A stretch of 64,000 bases of DNA, taken from Gemmatimonadales bacterium. Its GTDB lineage: Bacteria; Gemmatimonadota; Gemmatimonadetes; Gemmatimonadales; GWC2-71-9. The notes below the pieces were generated by a model. The model saw only the letters and a list, made by a program, of their open reading frames with translations, was not told the origin of the DNA and searched no databases. A program made the translations under genes and the position numbers. Below, piece after piece: positions 1 to 8,125 of this stretch. The DNA is taken from contig JBFGJG010000024.1 in assembly GCA_041577295.1 (NCBI GenBank), positions 1-64,000 on the forward strand, read 5' to 3'. The first letter of the stretch is position 1; each line of letters starts with the position of its first letter.

Positions 1-2027
1 GATGCGTACCGATCGGGTGCGTCGATCGCTTCGTCGGCTACCGGAATGATGCCAATATTGTGCTTACCAGTGCTCTCTGCGATCAACTGCTCCAACCACG
101 CAGGAAATGCGGCGAGGCTTGGGGTGGTAAGAAAGGTCACCTTGTCGCGGCCTGCAAGCGTCAACTCGCCCAATGTCGCGCCCAGCACGAGGCTGGGATT
201 TGCCTCGTCGCCGATGCAGAACGAGCTGGCTTCCGCCATGGTCCAGGCGCGGTCGATCAGCCCGTGCACGTCTGCGCCGATGAGCGAAGCCGGTACGACT
301 CCAAAAACCGACAGCGCCGAGTACCGACCGCCGACGTCCGGGGGAGCACGGAACACCCGTCGGAATTGGCGATCGTGTGCGAGGTGTTCGAGCGGGGTAC
401 CAGGATCGGTGATGGCGACGAAGTGTCGACCGGGTTGTGACACGGCTTCGTCGATGCGTTTCCAGAAGGTCTTGAACAACGAGAGGGTCTCGAGCGTCGT
501 CCCCGACTTGCTCGAAACGATCACTAGGGTGTGCTGCGCATCGACCTCGCGAACGGCCTGGATTACCGCATCGGGGTGTGTGGAGTCGAGCATCGTGAGC
601 GTCGGGTAACCCGGGGCGCTACCGAGCGCCTGTGCAAACACCTCCGGCGCTAGACTCGACCCCCCCATACCGACGAGCACGATGTTGGTGATCCCGTTTT
701 CCCGTATCGCTTCGCCGACGGACCGCAACTCGCTCAGCTCTTCATGCGTCTTTTCCGGGAGATCGAGCCATCCCAGTCGGTCGGTCAGTTCGGGAGTTTC
801 CGCGTCCCCCCAAACGGTTGGATCTCGGTCCCAGATCCGGCGGCCCACCCGGCGCACCTGCCAATTGGCCAATCGAGTCCTGACCGCGTTTTGCATTTCC
901 CCCAATCGATAAGTCGCCGAGGTAGACTGCTCATGCTGCAAGTTGGCACGCTTTCGTCCCAGCGTGTGCATGAGGCTCGTGAACGAATCGGCGAACTGCT
1001 GCACTCCGTTCACGAGGAGCCGGTCGGCAATGGACTCGAGATCGATGCCTAACTCGCTCAAAGCCTCGATGTGCTGATCTGCCTCGTCAAGTCCCTCCTC
1101 GAGCGTCAGACGCGGCTGCCCGTGGTCGCGAAAGGCGCTCAGTGTTGCAGGCGGCATGGTGTTTACCGTTTCAGGGCCAATCAGCTCCTCCACGTACTTC
1201 ACGTTGCTATAGGCAGGGTTCTTCGTGCTGGTGCTCGCCCACAAAACGCGTTGCGGCCGTGCACCCCTTGCAGCGAGGGCCGCAAAGTCCCGGCCGTGAA
1301 AGAGTTCCCGGTAGCGGCGATACGCTCGTTTCGCATTGGCCACGGCGGTCTTGCCCAACAGTGGCCGAGCCGATGGCGAGTTCAGATCTTCCAGGGCACG
1401 GTCGACAGCCGCGTCCACCCGACTCACGAAAAACGACGCCACGGATGCCACCGACTGCGGCGTCTTGGCGCGCCCCAGCCCATGCAGATACGCAGCCGCG
1501 ACCGCCTCGTAGTGGCGAAGCGAGAACATGAGCGTGACGTTGACGTTGATGCCATCCGCAATGAGCTGCTCGATGGCCGGAAGACCCTCCACGGTGGCGG
1601 GAACCTTGATCATCAGATTGGAGCGGCGTACGGTCTGCCAGAGACGGCGCGCCTCCGCGATGGTGCCGTCGGTGTCGTGTGCGAGTGCAGGGGCGACCTC
1701 AAGGCTCACGAAGCCGTCGGCTCCGCTAGTGTGCTCGTAGACGCGTTGGAGGGTGTCCGCTGCGCGCCGGATGTCTTCGATCGCGAGCGCCTCGTACAGG
1801 GCCTTCGGGTCGGCGTGACGGTCGCGCGCGGTAAGCGATCGCAACGTTTCGTCGTAGTCGTCACTTCCGGCGATGGCCTTTTCGAAGATCGTTGGATTTG
1901 CCGTCACACCGCTGACGGCGTCCTCGCGCACGAGCCGGTTCAGCTCACCAGTGGTCAAGAAGCTCCGGCGGATGTAGTCGAGCCAGATCGACTGGCCGAG
2001 ACGATGTAAAGCCTTGAGGGAATTCAT
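1..2027 (-). CDS. bifunctional transaldolase / phosphoglucose isomerase (runs off left edge of window)
   Basis: Not in the ORF track; translated manually from ATG at 2027. Gives MNSLKALHRLGQSIWLDYIRR...GVTANPTIFEKAI...GFVSLEV...LMIKVPAT...NVNVTLMFS...ASFFVSRVD...LWASTSTKNP (transaldolase), then GWLDLP...GMGGSSL...SSKSGTTLET...FVAITDPGT...DVGGRYSALS...WLEQLIAESTGK (PGI/SIS). Confidence 0.93.
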   Translation of the reverse strand, partial: MNSLKALHRLGQSIWLDYIRRSFLTTGELNRLVREDAVSGVTANPTIFEKAIAGSDDYDETLRSLTARDRHADPKALYEALAIEDIRRAADTLQRVYEHTSGADGFVSLEVAPALAHDTDGTIAEARRLWQTVRRSNLMIKVPATVEGLPAIEQLIADGINVNVTLMFSLRHYEAVAAAYLHGLGRAKTPQSVASVASFFVSRVDAAVDRALEDLNSPSARPLLGKTAVANAKRAYRRYRELFHGRDFAALAARGARPQRVLWASTSTKNPAYSNVKYVEELIGPETVNTMPPATLSAFRDHGQPRLTLEEGLDEADQHIEALSELGIDLESIADRLLVNGVQQFADSFTSLMHTLGRKRANLQHEQSTSATYRLGEMQNAVRTRLANWQVRRVGRRIWDRDPTVWGDAETPELTDRLGWLDLPEKTHEELSELRSVGEAIRENGITNIVLVGMGGSSLAPEVFAQALGSAPGYPTLTMLDSTHPDAVIQAVREVDAQHTLVIVSSKSGTTLETLSLFKTFWKRIDEAVSQPGRHFVAITDPGTPLEHLAHDRQFRRVFRAPPDVGGRYSALSVFGVVPASLIGADVHGLIDRAWTMAEASSFCIGDEANPSLVLGATLGELTLAGRDKVTFLTTPSLAAFPAWLEQLIAESTGKHNIGIIPVADEAIDAPDRYA

Positions 2028-2186
2028 CCCGGAGAATTAACAGATGAGCGACCTTCTGGCGAGTCGACGGAACATTCTGTGCCGCCGCGGCACGAGTCGA
2101 TCGCTTCGGGAACCGGCCGGACAGCCTGGCGGTTCCGGCAGTGTGCTCATAATGTGGCTGACCCGACACGGACGAGGAACGACGCG

Positions 2187-3581
2187 ATGAAAGAGGAGCG
2201 CTACGACGCCATCGTGATTGGCACGGGACAAGGGGGCAAACCGCTCGCGGCGGACCTCGCGCGGGCAGGGTGGCGGACGGCCGTCGTCGAGCGGGGACAC
2301 GTCGGGGGCACGTGTGTCAATGTCGGTTGCACACCAACCAAGACCATGATCGCTTCGGCGCGTGTGGCACATCTCGCCCGTCGCGCAGGAGACTACGGCG
2401 TAGAAACTGGTCCGGTGACGGTTGATCTGGCGACGGTCCGCGAGCGAAAGCGTAGTATCGTGCACCAGTTTCGCACGGGAAGCCAACAAGGGCTTGAGAA
2501 GTTGAAGCATCTGGACCTGATCATAGGGACCGCACGGTTTGTGGGCCCTCATCGTGTTTCAGTCGCCGTGCGCGACGGCGGTCGGCGAACCCTCGAAGCG
2601 CCTCAGATCGTGATCAACACGGGTGCCCAGCCGGCGATCCCCAAAATCGCGGGGCTCGACGCGATCGAATTCTTGGATTCGACATCGATCATGGACCTCA
2701 ATGAGGTCCCGGAGCACCTGCTCGTCATCGGTGGAGGCTACATCGGGCTCGAATTCGCACAGATGTTCCGCCGGTTCGGGAGCCGTGTGACCATCGTTCA
2801 GCGGAGTGACCAGCTCTTGCCGCACGAGGATCCCGATATCGCTGCGGCTGTACAGGAGATCTTGCAGCAAGACGGCATCGAGGTACTCGTCGATCACGAG
2901 GCCGTGGAAGTCGAGATGCGCGATGACCGGCAAATCGAGCTCCACCTCCGCACTTCTGGTGGACTAAAACGGATGGCCACCGGTTCGCATGTGCTCGTAG
3001 CCGTCGGGCGAGTGCCCAACTCCGAGATGTTGGAGCTGGCCGCAGCCGGGATCGACGCGGATAGCGCGGGATACATCCGGATAGACGACGAGCTTCGGAC
3101 CAGTGCTGAGGGCGTCTACGCCATCGGTGATGTCGTGCGGGGACCGCAGTTCACACACATATCGTATGACGACTACCGGATCCTCCGTGCCAACCTGCTG
3201 CACGGTGAGGCGCAGTCGCGAGCCAATCGGTTGGTGCCGTACACCGTCTACATCGACCCACAACTCGGCGGGGTCGGTCTGAACGAGCGGCACGCCAACG
3301 ACCGCGGCATCGCGTATCGTGTGGCCAAGATGCCTATGTCACACGTCGCACGCGCGCTCGAGGTCGATGAAACGCGCGGGCTCATGAAAGTGCTGGTGGA
3401 AGAGGACTCGGAGCGGATTCTCGGTGCCTCGATCCTGGCCATCGAAGGGGGGGAGCTGATGTCGATGATTCAGATCGCCATGATGGGCGAGCTACCGTTC
3501 AGCGCCCTTCGCGAGGGCATCTTTGCCCACCCGACCCTCGCCGAATCGTTCAACAACCTCTTTAGCAGCCTCGGAGACTAG
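2187..3581 (+). CDS. class I pyridine nucleotide-disulfide oxidoreductase (mercuric reductase-like / RclA-like, no C-terminal Cys-Cys)
   Basis: GTGQGG FAD motif, GGTCVNVGCTPTK redox disulfide, GGGYIGLEFA NAD(P) site, AIGDV and HPTLAE. Start placed at ATG 2187 after GAGGA. Confidence 0.9.
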   Translation: MKEERYDAIVIGTGQGGKPLAADLARAGWRTAVVERGHVGGTCVNVGCTPTKTMIASARVAHLARRAGDYGVETGPVTVDLATVRERKRSIVHQFRTGSQQGLEKLKHLDLIIGTARFVGPHRVSVAVRDGGRRTLEAPQIVINTGAQPAIPKIAGLDAIEFLDSTSIMDLNEVPEHLLVIGGGYIGLEFAQMFRRFGSRVTIVQRSDQLLPHEDPDIAAAVQEILQQDGIEVLVDHEAVEVEMRDDRQIELHLRTSGGLKRMATGSHVLVAVGRVPNSEMLELAAAGIDADSAGYIRIDDELRTSAEGVYAIGDVVRGPQFTHISYDDYRILRANLLHGEAQSRANRLVPYTVYIDPQLGGVGLNERHANDRGIAYRVAKMPMSHVARALEVDETRGLMKVLVEEDSERILGASILAIEGGELMSMIQIAMMGELPFSALREGIFAHPTLAESFNNLFSSLGD

Positions 3582-4046
3582 GTGGCGGAGTCCTGGCGCA
3601 CCCGGCTCGCGCGTTGGGGATTCAATCTCTTTCCGGCCTACCGCGGAACGGGCGGACGCATCGTCCACATCTCAGCGGACTGGCATGAAATCCGAATCCG
3701 ATTGCCACTGAACTGGCGCACTCGCAATTACGTAGGCTCGATCTTTGGAGGCAGCATTTACGGCGCCGTGGACCCTATCTACATGATTATGTTCATCAAG
3801 ATCCTGGGTCCGGAGTACATCGTGTGGGACAAGGCAGCGACGATTCGTTTCGTCAAGCCTGGTCGGAGTACGCTCTACGGCCGCTTCCACCTGTCGCCGG
3901 ATGAGGTACAGCGTCTTCGCGACGCGCTGAAGGCTGAGCCAAAACTGGAGCGTAATTTTCGGGTGGAACTGGTGGATGAGAGCGGGGAGACCCACGCAAC
4001 GGTCGAGAAAACACTGTACTTCCGCCACCGAGGCTCACTGCCATGA
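3582..4046 (+). CDS. DUF4442 / hotdog-fold thioesterase-like protein
   Basis: NYVGSIFGGSIYGAVDP and WDKAATIRFVKPG motifs. GTG start directly follows the upstream TAG. Confidence 0.85.
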   Translation: MAESWRTRLARWGFNLFPAYRGTGGRIVHISADWHEIRIRLPLNWRTRNYVGSIFGGSIYGAVDPIYMIMFIKILGPEYIVWDKAATIRFVKPGRSTLYGRFHLSPDEVQRLRDALKAEPKLERNFRVELVDESGETHATVEKTLYFRHRGSLP

Positions 4047-4654
4047 CGTTTCGGTTTCTGGTCGACACGTACGACACGGAACGGCTTAAGGTCCTCACGG
4101 TCTGGAGCATGTTCCGAGATGAGGATCTCCCCGTGCGACCACGTGCCGGTGACCGCCGGGGTCGTAGCGTCCAGGAGCAGATGATTCACCAATGCGTGAG
4201 CGAGGATCTCTGGTTTCGGACTATTCTGGGGATCGATGTCGGCGCACCACCGCTTCCGGACCAGGAGATCCGTATCGAGTTCATGAGGCGGTATGCGCTG
4301 GACTCGGAGCGGCGTCTCGAGGCATTAGGAAGGCAGGAGCCCGCGTGGTGGGAGTCGACCTCGTCGTTCTTTGGCACGCCTCGAACTCGGGCATGGGTGG
4401 TCACCCGCCGCATCGCCCACACCGCGCACCATCGCGGACAGCAGGTGGCAATGCTACGCATGTTGGGGCGGTTCGTGTACAGCACCTACGGCCCGACGGC
4501 GGACACCGGTGGCCTGCCCCAGGACGAAGCCCCGACGATCTATCCGTACGCAAACGTTGCCGAACTGCTCGGGGGTGAAGAGCAGGGGGGACGGAAGGTC
4601 GCCCTCCCGAAGGCAGTCGAAAGGGTGGTCACAGAGAGGGGAGAGAAGGGATGA
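4043..4654 (+). CDS. DinB-family protein
   Basis: RSVQEQMIHQ and RRIAHTAHHRGQ metal-binding His motif. ATGA overlap with the upstream gene. Confidence 0.85.
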   Translation: MTFRFLVDTYDTERLKVLTVWSMFRDEDLPVRPRAGDRRGRSVQEQMIHQCVSEDLWFRTILGIDVGAPPLPDQEIRIEFMRRYALDSERRLEALGRQEPAWWESTSSFFGTPRTRAWVVTRRIAHTAHHRGQQVAMLRMLGRFVYSTYGPTADTGGLPQDEAPTIYPYANVAELLGGEEQGGRKVALPKAVERVVTERGEKG

Positions 4655-4722
4655 GGGGAATAGAGAGGATAGGAATGCTTGGAAGCCTATCCCCTCTATC
4701 CCTTGAACCCCCTCTCCCCCCT
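4633..4722. repeat. purine/pyrimidine imperfect palindrome built from ~9-nt periodic units
   Basis: Left arm agagagggg agagaaggg atgagggga atagagagg atagg; right arm cctat cccctctat cccttgaac cccctctcc cccct. Overlaps the DinB stop codon. Confidence 0.7.
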
Positions 4723-4724
4723 AG

Positions 4725-4811
4725 TATGTGATTGAGCCGGGTTGCAAGGTATGTTCCCGCTCGCCCCTCCCGACGAGACCCCCGCCGAGCGACGGGGTGC
4801 CCAATCACATA
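4725..4811 (-). ncRNA. candidate structured RNA, four-way junction (unrecognised family)
   Basis: A 13-bp closing stem (TATGTGATTGGGC/GCTCAATCACATA) encloses three adjacent hairpins. Its G-U wobbles fall on the minus strand. Confidence 0.45.
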
Positions 4812-4928
4812 GTGCGTGTCCTGCGGAGAAGATACGTGAAGGTTTGCGTCAGGAGGTGATCACACCGTCCGCATTCTGTACGGAGGCGGTCTCGATTACG
4901 TCAACGGCTTGTAAACTGTTGCGTGACG

Positions 4929-5618
4929 TTACGCTTCCAGCCGGTAACCAACTTTCCGCACGGTGAGGATGTGGTGCGGGTTAGACGGATTCTCCTCGAG
5001 CTTTCTCCTGAGCTCCGCGATGTGCATGTCCACCGTGCGCGTCATCACGGCCGCACTGTAATCCCACACTTCCTTCAAGAGTTCGAGGCGGCTGGCGACC
5101 GCACCGCGCCGCTTGAGCAGTGCTTGGAGTAGATCGAACTCCTTGGGTGTCAGTGACACCTCATGACCAGCGCGCTTGACTGTGCGGGAGGCCAGATTGA
5201 CTTCGAGGTGGCTGCCGATCCGCTCGATGGCGGTGTGGCTGCCGTTGGTTCCCACGCCGGCCCGGCGCAACAGCGCCTTGACCCTGGCTAAGAGCTCGAG
5301 CAAGCCGAACGGCTTGGTGACATAATCGTCCGCACCGGTCGTGAAACCCAGAACCTTGTCGGCCTCTTCGCTCCGCGCGGTGAGAATTAGCACCGGGATC
5401 TCCGAACCGCCGTCGCGCAGCGTGCGCAGTACTCGATACCCGTCCATCCCCGGCAGCATGAGATCCAGGATGATGAGGTCCGGAGCGAAGCGAGTCGCCT
5501 CTGCAAGACCGCGCGGCCCATCTGCTGCGACACCAACCTCGTACCCCTCGACCTCGAGCGCGGTTTGCAGGCCAAACGCCAGATCGGGATTGTCTTCTAC
5601 CACCAGGATACGGTTCAT
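4929..5618 (-). CDS. OmpR/PhoB-family response regulator
   Basis: Receiver domain (VVEDN, ILDLMLP, TKPF) plus winged helix (LTPKEFDLL, RTVDMHIAELRRKLE, TVRKVGYRL). Confidence 0.95.
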   Translation of the reverse strand: MNRILVVEDNPDLAFGLQTALEVEGYEVGVAADGPRGLAEATRFAPDLIILDLMLPGMDGYRVLRTLRDGGSEIPVLILTARSEEADKVLGFTTGADDYVTKPFGLLELLARVKALLRRAGVGTNGSHTAIERIGSHLEVNLASRTVKRAGHEVSLTPKEFDLLQALLKRRGAVASRLELLKEVWDYSAAVMTRTVDMHIAELRRKLEENPSNPHHILTVRKVGYRLEA

Positions 5619-7315
5619 ACCCGGATCTCTTCTTCACTGGGGATGTCGGTGCCATCTGCCGCGGTGTCCTCGGGACCCCGCCGCCTGGCTCCCGGAATCT
5701 CGATCACGAATCGCGTCCCCCCGCGCGGCGGGTCCTCGATCCACGCGCGCCCGCCGTGCATCGAGATCAGCTCCTTGACCACGGCCAGACCTATTCCGCT
5801 CCCGCCGACGGCCGCGTTCACGTCGCGTTCGAGACGTCGATATGCCTCCCACACGCGCGCACGCTCTCCCGGGGGGATGCCGGGGCCCTGGTCGTCAACC
5901 GAGATTCGCACGCGACTGTCGAGCAGCTGTACCCGAAGCGTGACGGTCTGACCGGACGGCCCGTATTTCACGGCATTGTCTAGGAGATTCAGCACAACCT
6001 GTCCTAAGGCGCCACCATCGACATTGGCGATGATGCCCTCGTCCACCTCGGTGCGGAGATCGACGTTCTTGGCGTTCGCCAGCGGCCGAAAGCCTTCGGT
6101 GATCTCGTCCATGAGTGGGCCTAGATCGATTTCTTCTCGAGACAGCCGCGCGGTTCCGCGCCGCACGCGAGAAAAGTGGAGCACGTTCTCCACCAGGTGC
6201 GTCAACCGCCGAGCTTCTTGATTGATGATACGGGTTGACCGGATCCGTTCATCGTCGGTCCTGAGCTTTCCGGCATCGAGTAGCTCGGCGAACATGCGAA
6301 TCTGCGCTAACGGTGTGCGCAGCTCGTGGGAGACGCCGGAAACGAAATCATCACGCAAGCGGGCGAGCTCTCGCTCCCGGCGAAGCTGCACTAGCGAGGC
6401 CGCGCCCACTCCTCCGGTGAGCAGGAGCAGAGCAATCAGAAGAGGTACGCGGGAGCGTGGTAGTCCGCCGATCACGAGTTGTGTGGCTGCCTCGGGCCGG
6501 ATCGCCGCCTGCGCCACCATGCCGCCAAATCGCACGCCGAGCGTGTCTGTCGCAGCGAACGTTTCGGCGTAGGGGGCGGCGGAGTGGTAGACGCTGCGCC
6601 CATCCCTCGTGGTTACCGTGATGTACAGCAGGGAGTCCGTAGGTTGATCGCCCGCGATCGAGGGAGGAAGCAGGGACCGTTGGTCGAGACACTTTGCAAA
6701 AACCGGTTCCATGCCGGAGAACTTCGCGTGGAATCCGTAGGCTGCTCGTGGCCTTCCGTCAGTGCCGGCGACAAGCGAGAACGCGACGATATCTGACCGC
6801 TCCGCCAGCGGTCCTGCAAGAATGCTGAAGTTCCAGCGGTCCGTTTGGCCGGCCTGCGAGGCGAGCGTGGCGACGGTGTCTGCCAACCAGGAGATAAACC
6901 ACTTTGGCGCGTCCGGTACCGTGGTCACCACGCTCCGGTCGCTCAGATCCACGCGGAAATGGAAATGCATCGCCACCGGTGGACAGTCTTTGCACTGCCA
7001 AGTCTTCGCCTTCTCGACGATATACTCGGGTGAGGGAAGTGCCTGACCCGGACTCGGGGGCTCGATCTTCTCCGCAACGGGCCACAGCGCTTGCTCCACA
7101 GCAATCTCCAAGCGTTCGCGTGCCCGGCGGGAGAACTCCCACGCGGCCAGACCGGCATAATCTCGCAATGTGCTCTCGACCGTTGCCCGGTGGGATCGGT
7201 AGGCGTCCGCCGCCTGGTAGGCCAACGCCGCCGACAGCGCGAGGGTTGCGAGCAACAAGGTCACCAGCAGAGTGCCCCGCGCGCGCCCTGGATGTCGAGG
7301 TTTCAGCAGCGGCAT
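5615..7315 (-). CDS. membrane sensor histidine kinase
   Basis: Two TM segments, H-box SHELRTPL, N-box NLLDNAVKY, DQGPGI and GSGIGL. ATGA-coupled to the response regulator. Confidence 0.95.
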   Translation of the reverse strand: MPLLKPRHPGRARGTLLVTLLLATLALSAALAYQAADAYRSHRATVESTLRDYAGLAAWEFSRRARERLEIAVEQALWPVAEKIEPPSPGQALPSPEYIVEKAKTWQCKDCPPVAMHFHFRVDLSDRSVVTTVPDAPKWFISWLADTVATLASQAGQTDRWNFSILAGPLAERSDIVAFSLVAGTDGRPRAAYGFHAKFSGMEPVFAKCLDQRSLLPPSIAGDQPTDSLLYITVTTRDGRSVYHSAAPYAETFAATDTLGVRFGGMVAQAAIRPEAATQLVIGGLPRSRVPLLIALLLLTGGVGAASLVQLRRERELARLRDDFVSGVSHELRTPLAQIRMFAELLDAGKLRTDDERIRSTRIINQEARRLTHLVENVLHFSRVRRGTARLSREEIDLGPLMDEITEGFRPLANAKNVDLRTEVDEGIIANVDGGALGQVVLNLLDNAVKYGPSGQTVTLRVQLLDSRVRISVDDQGPGIPPGERARVWEAYRRLERDVNAAVGGSGIGLAVVKELISMHGGRAWIEDPPRGGTRFVIEIPGARRRGPEDTAADGTDIPSEEEIRV

Positions 7316-7455
7316 AGCGTCCGGTGCTCGGGTTTACGTCACTGACACCATCGCGTGCGAAGTATGCGCCACGGCGTCGCGACGCGGCACTTCACACCGG
7401 CGATCACGAGAGTAATCGGGCTCCGAAGTCACGGCAAGTCAAACGAGTAGGCGAT

Positions 7456-7497
7456 GGGTACGAGTTTTGTAAGAAACATGTAAAACATCTCGTACCC
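7456..7497. promoter_or_regulatory. putative OmpR-type tandem binding site inside an inverted repeat, upstream of ferritin
   Basis: TGTAAG (7468-73) and TGTAAA (7479-84) are 11 bp apart and flanked by GGGTACGAG/CTCGTACCC. Confidence 0.4.
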
Positions 7498-7600
7498 CAG
7501 GACTGGGCGCCAAGTTGCACGTTCAGGGCCACCCCCTAGATTTTTCATCTCCGACCCACGAGTACCAACGTCCGTCACCCTCCGCCCAGTGGGAGCACAT

Positions 7601-8101
7601 ATGCGAAGCAAAGCGGTCGAAGCCGGGATCAATGATCAGATCATGAAGGAGTTCTACTCGGCGTATCTTTACCTTTCAATGGCTGCGTTCTGCGAGGCTG
7701 AGAACTTCCCAGGGTTTTCTCATTGGCTTCGGTTGCAGTACCAGGAGGAAATTTCCCATGCCGAGCGGCTCTACAACTTCTTGCTCAACCGCGGGGGTAA
7801 GGTAGTGCTGCAAGCGATCGCGAAGCCCCCCTCATCGTTCAAGGGCCCGTGGGAGGTCATGGAACAGGCCCTCAAGCATGAAAAGGAAGTGACGACGGCC
7901 ATCCATGAGCTCTATGAACTGACAGGAAAGGAGAAGGATTACGCCAGCCAAATGGAGCTGCAGTGGTTCATCTCGGAGCAAGTTGAGGAGGAGCGAACCG
8001 TCGAAGAGATCATCGCGCAACTGCAAATGGCTGGGGATAGTCCACCGGGGCTGCTTCTCATCGACCGTCAGCTCGCGAGTCGTACGCTCTCAGGCACTTA
8101 A
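7601..8101 (+). CDS. ftn: non-heme ferritin
   Basis: EFYSAYLYLSM, EEISHA, EKEVT and WFISEQVEEE ferroxidase motifs. GGGAG RBS before ATG 7601. Confidence 0.92.
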   Translation: MRSKAVEAGINDQIMKEFYSAYLYLSMAAFCEAENFPGFSHWLRLQYQEEISHAERLYNFLLNRGGKVVLQAIAKPPSSFKGPWEVMEQALKHEKEVTTAIHELYELTGKEKDYASQMELQWFISEQVEEERTVEEIIAQLQMAGDSPPGLLLIDRQLASRTLSGT

Positions 8102-8125
8102 CGAACCCGCTCGAGGAACTCGATC

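Noticed and set aside
46..2009. Plus-strand ORFs 46-609 and 1071-2009
   Set aside because: They are antisense shadows of the tal-pgi gene, which carries all the recognisable motifs.
2187..3581. merA / mercury resistance
   Set aside because: No C-terminal Cys-Cys, no NmerA domain, and no merR/T/P nearby.
4725..4811. tRNA
   Set aside because: Cloverleaf-like, but it lacks D/T-loop consensus, a 7-nt anticodon loop and CCA.
4851..4915. Small ORF after a perfect SD (AGGAGGTGAT)
   Set aside because: No ATG/GTG/TTG at a usable distance.
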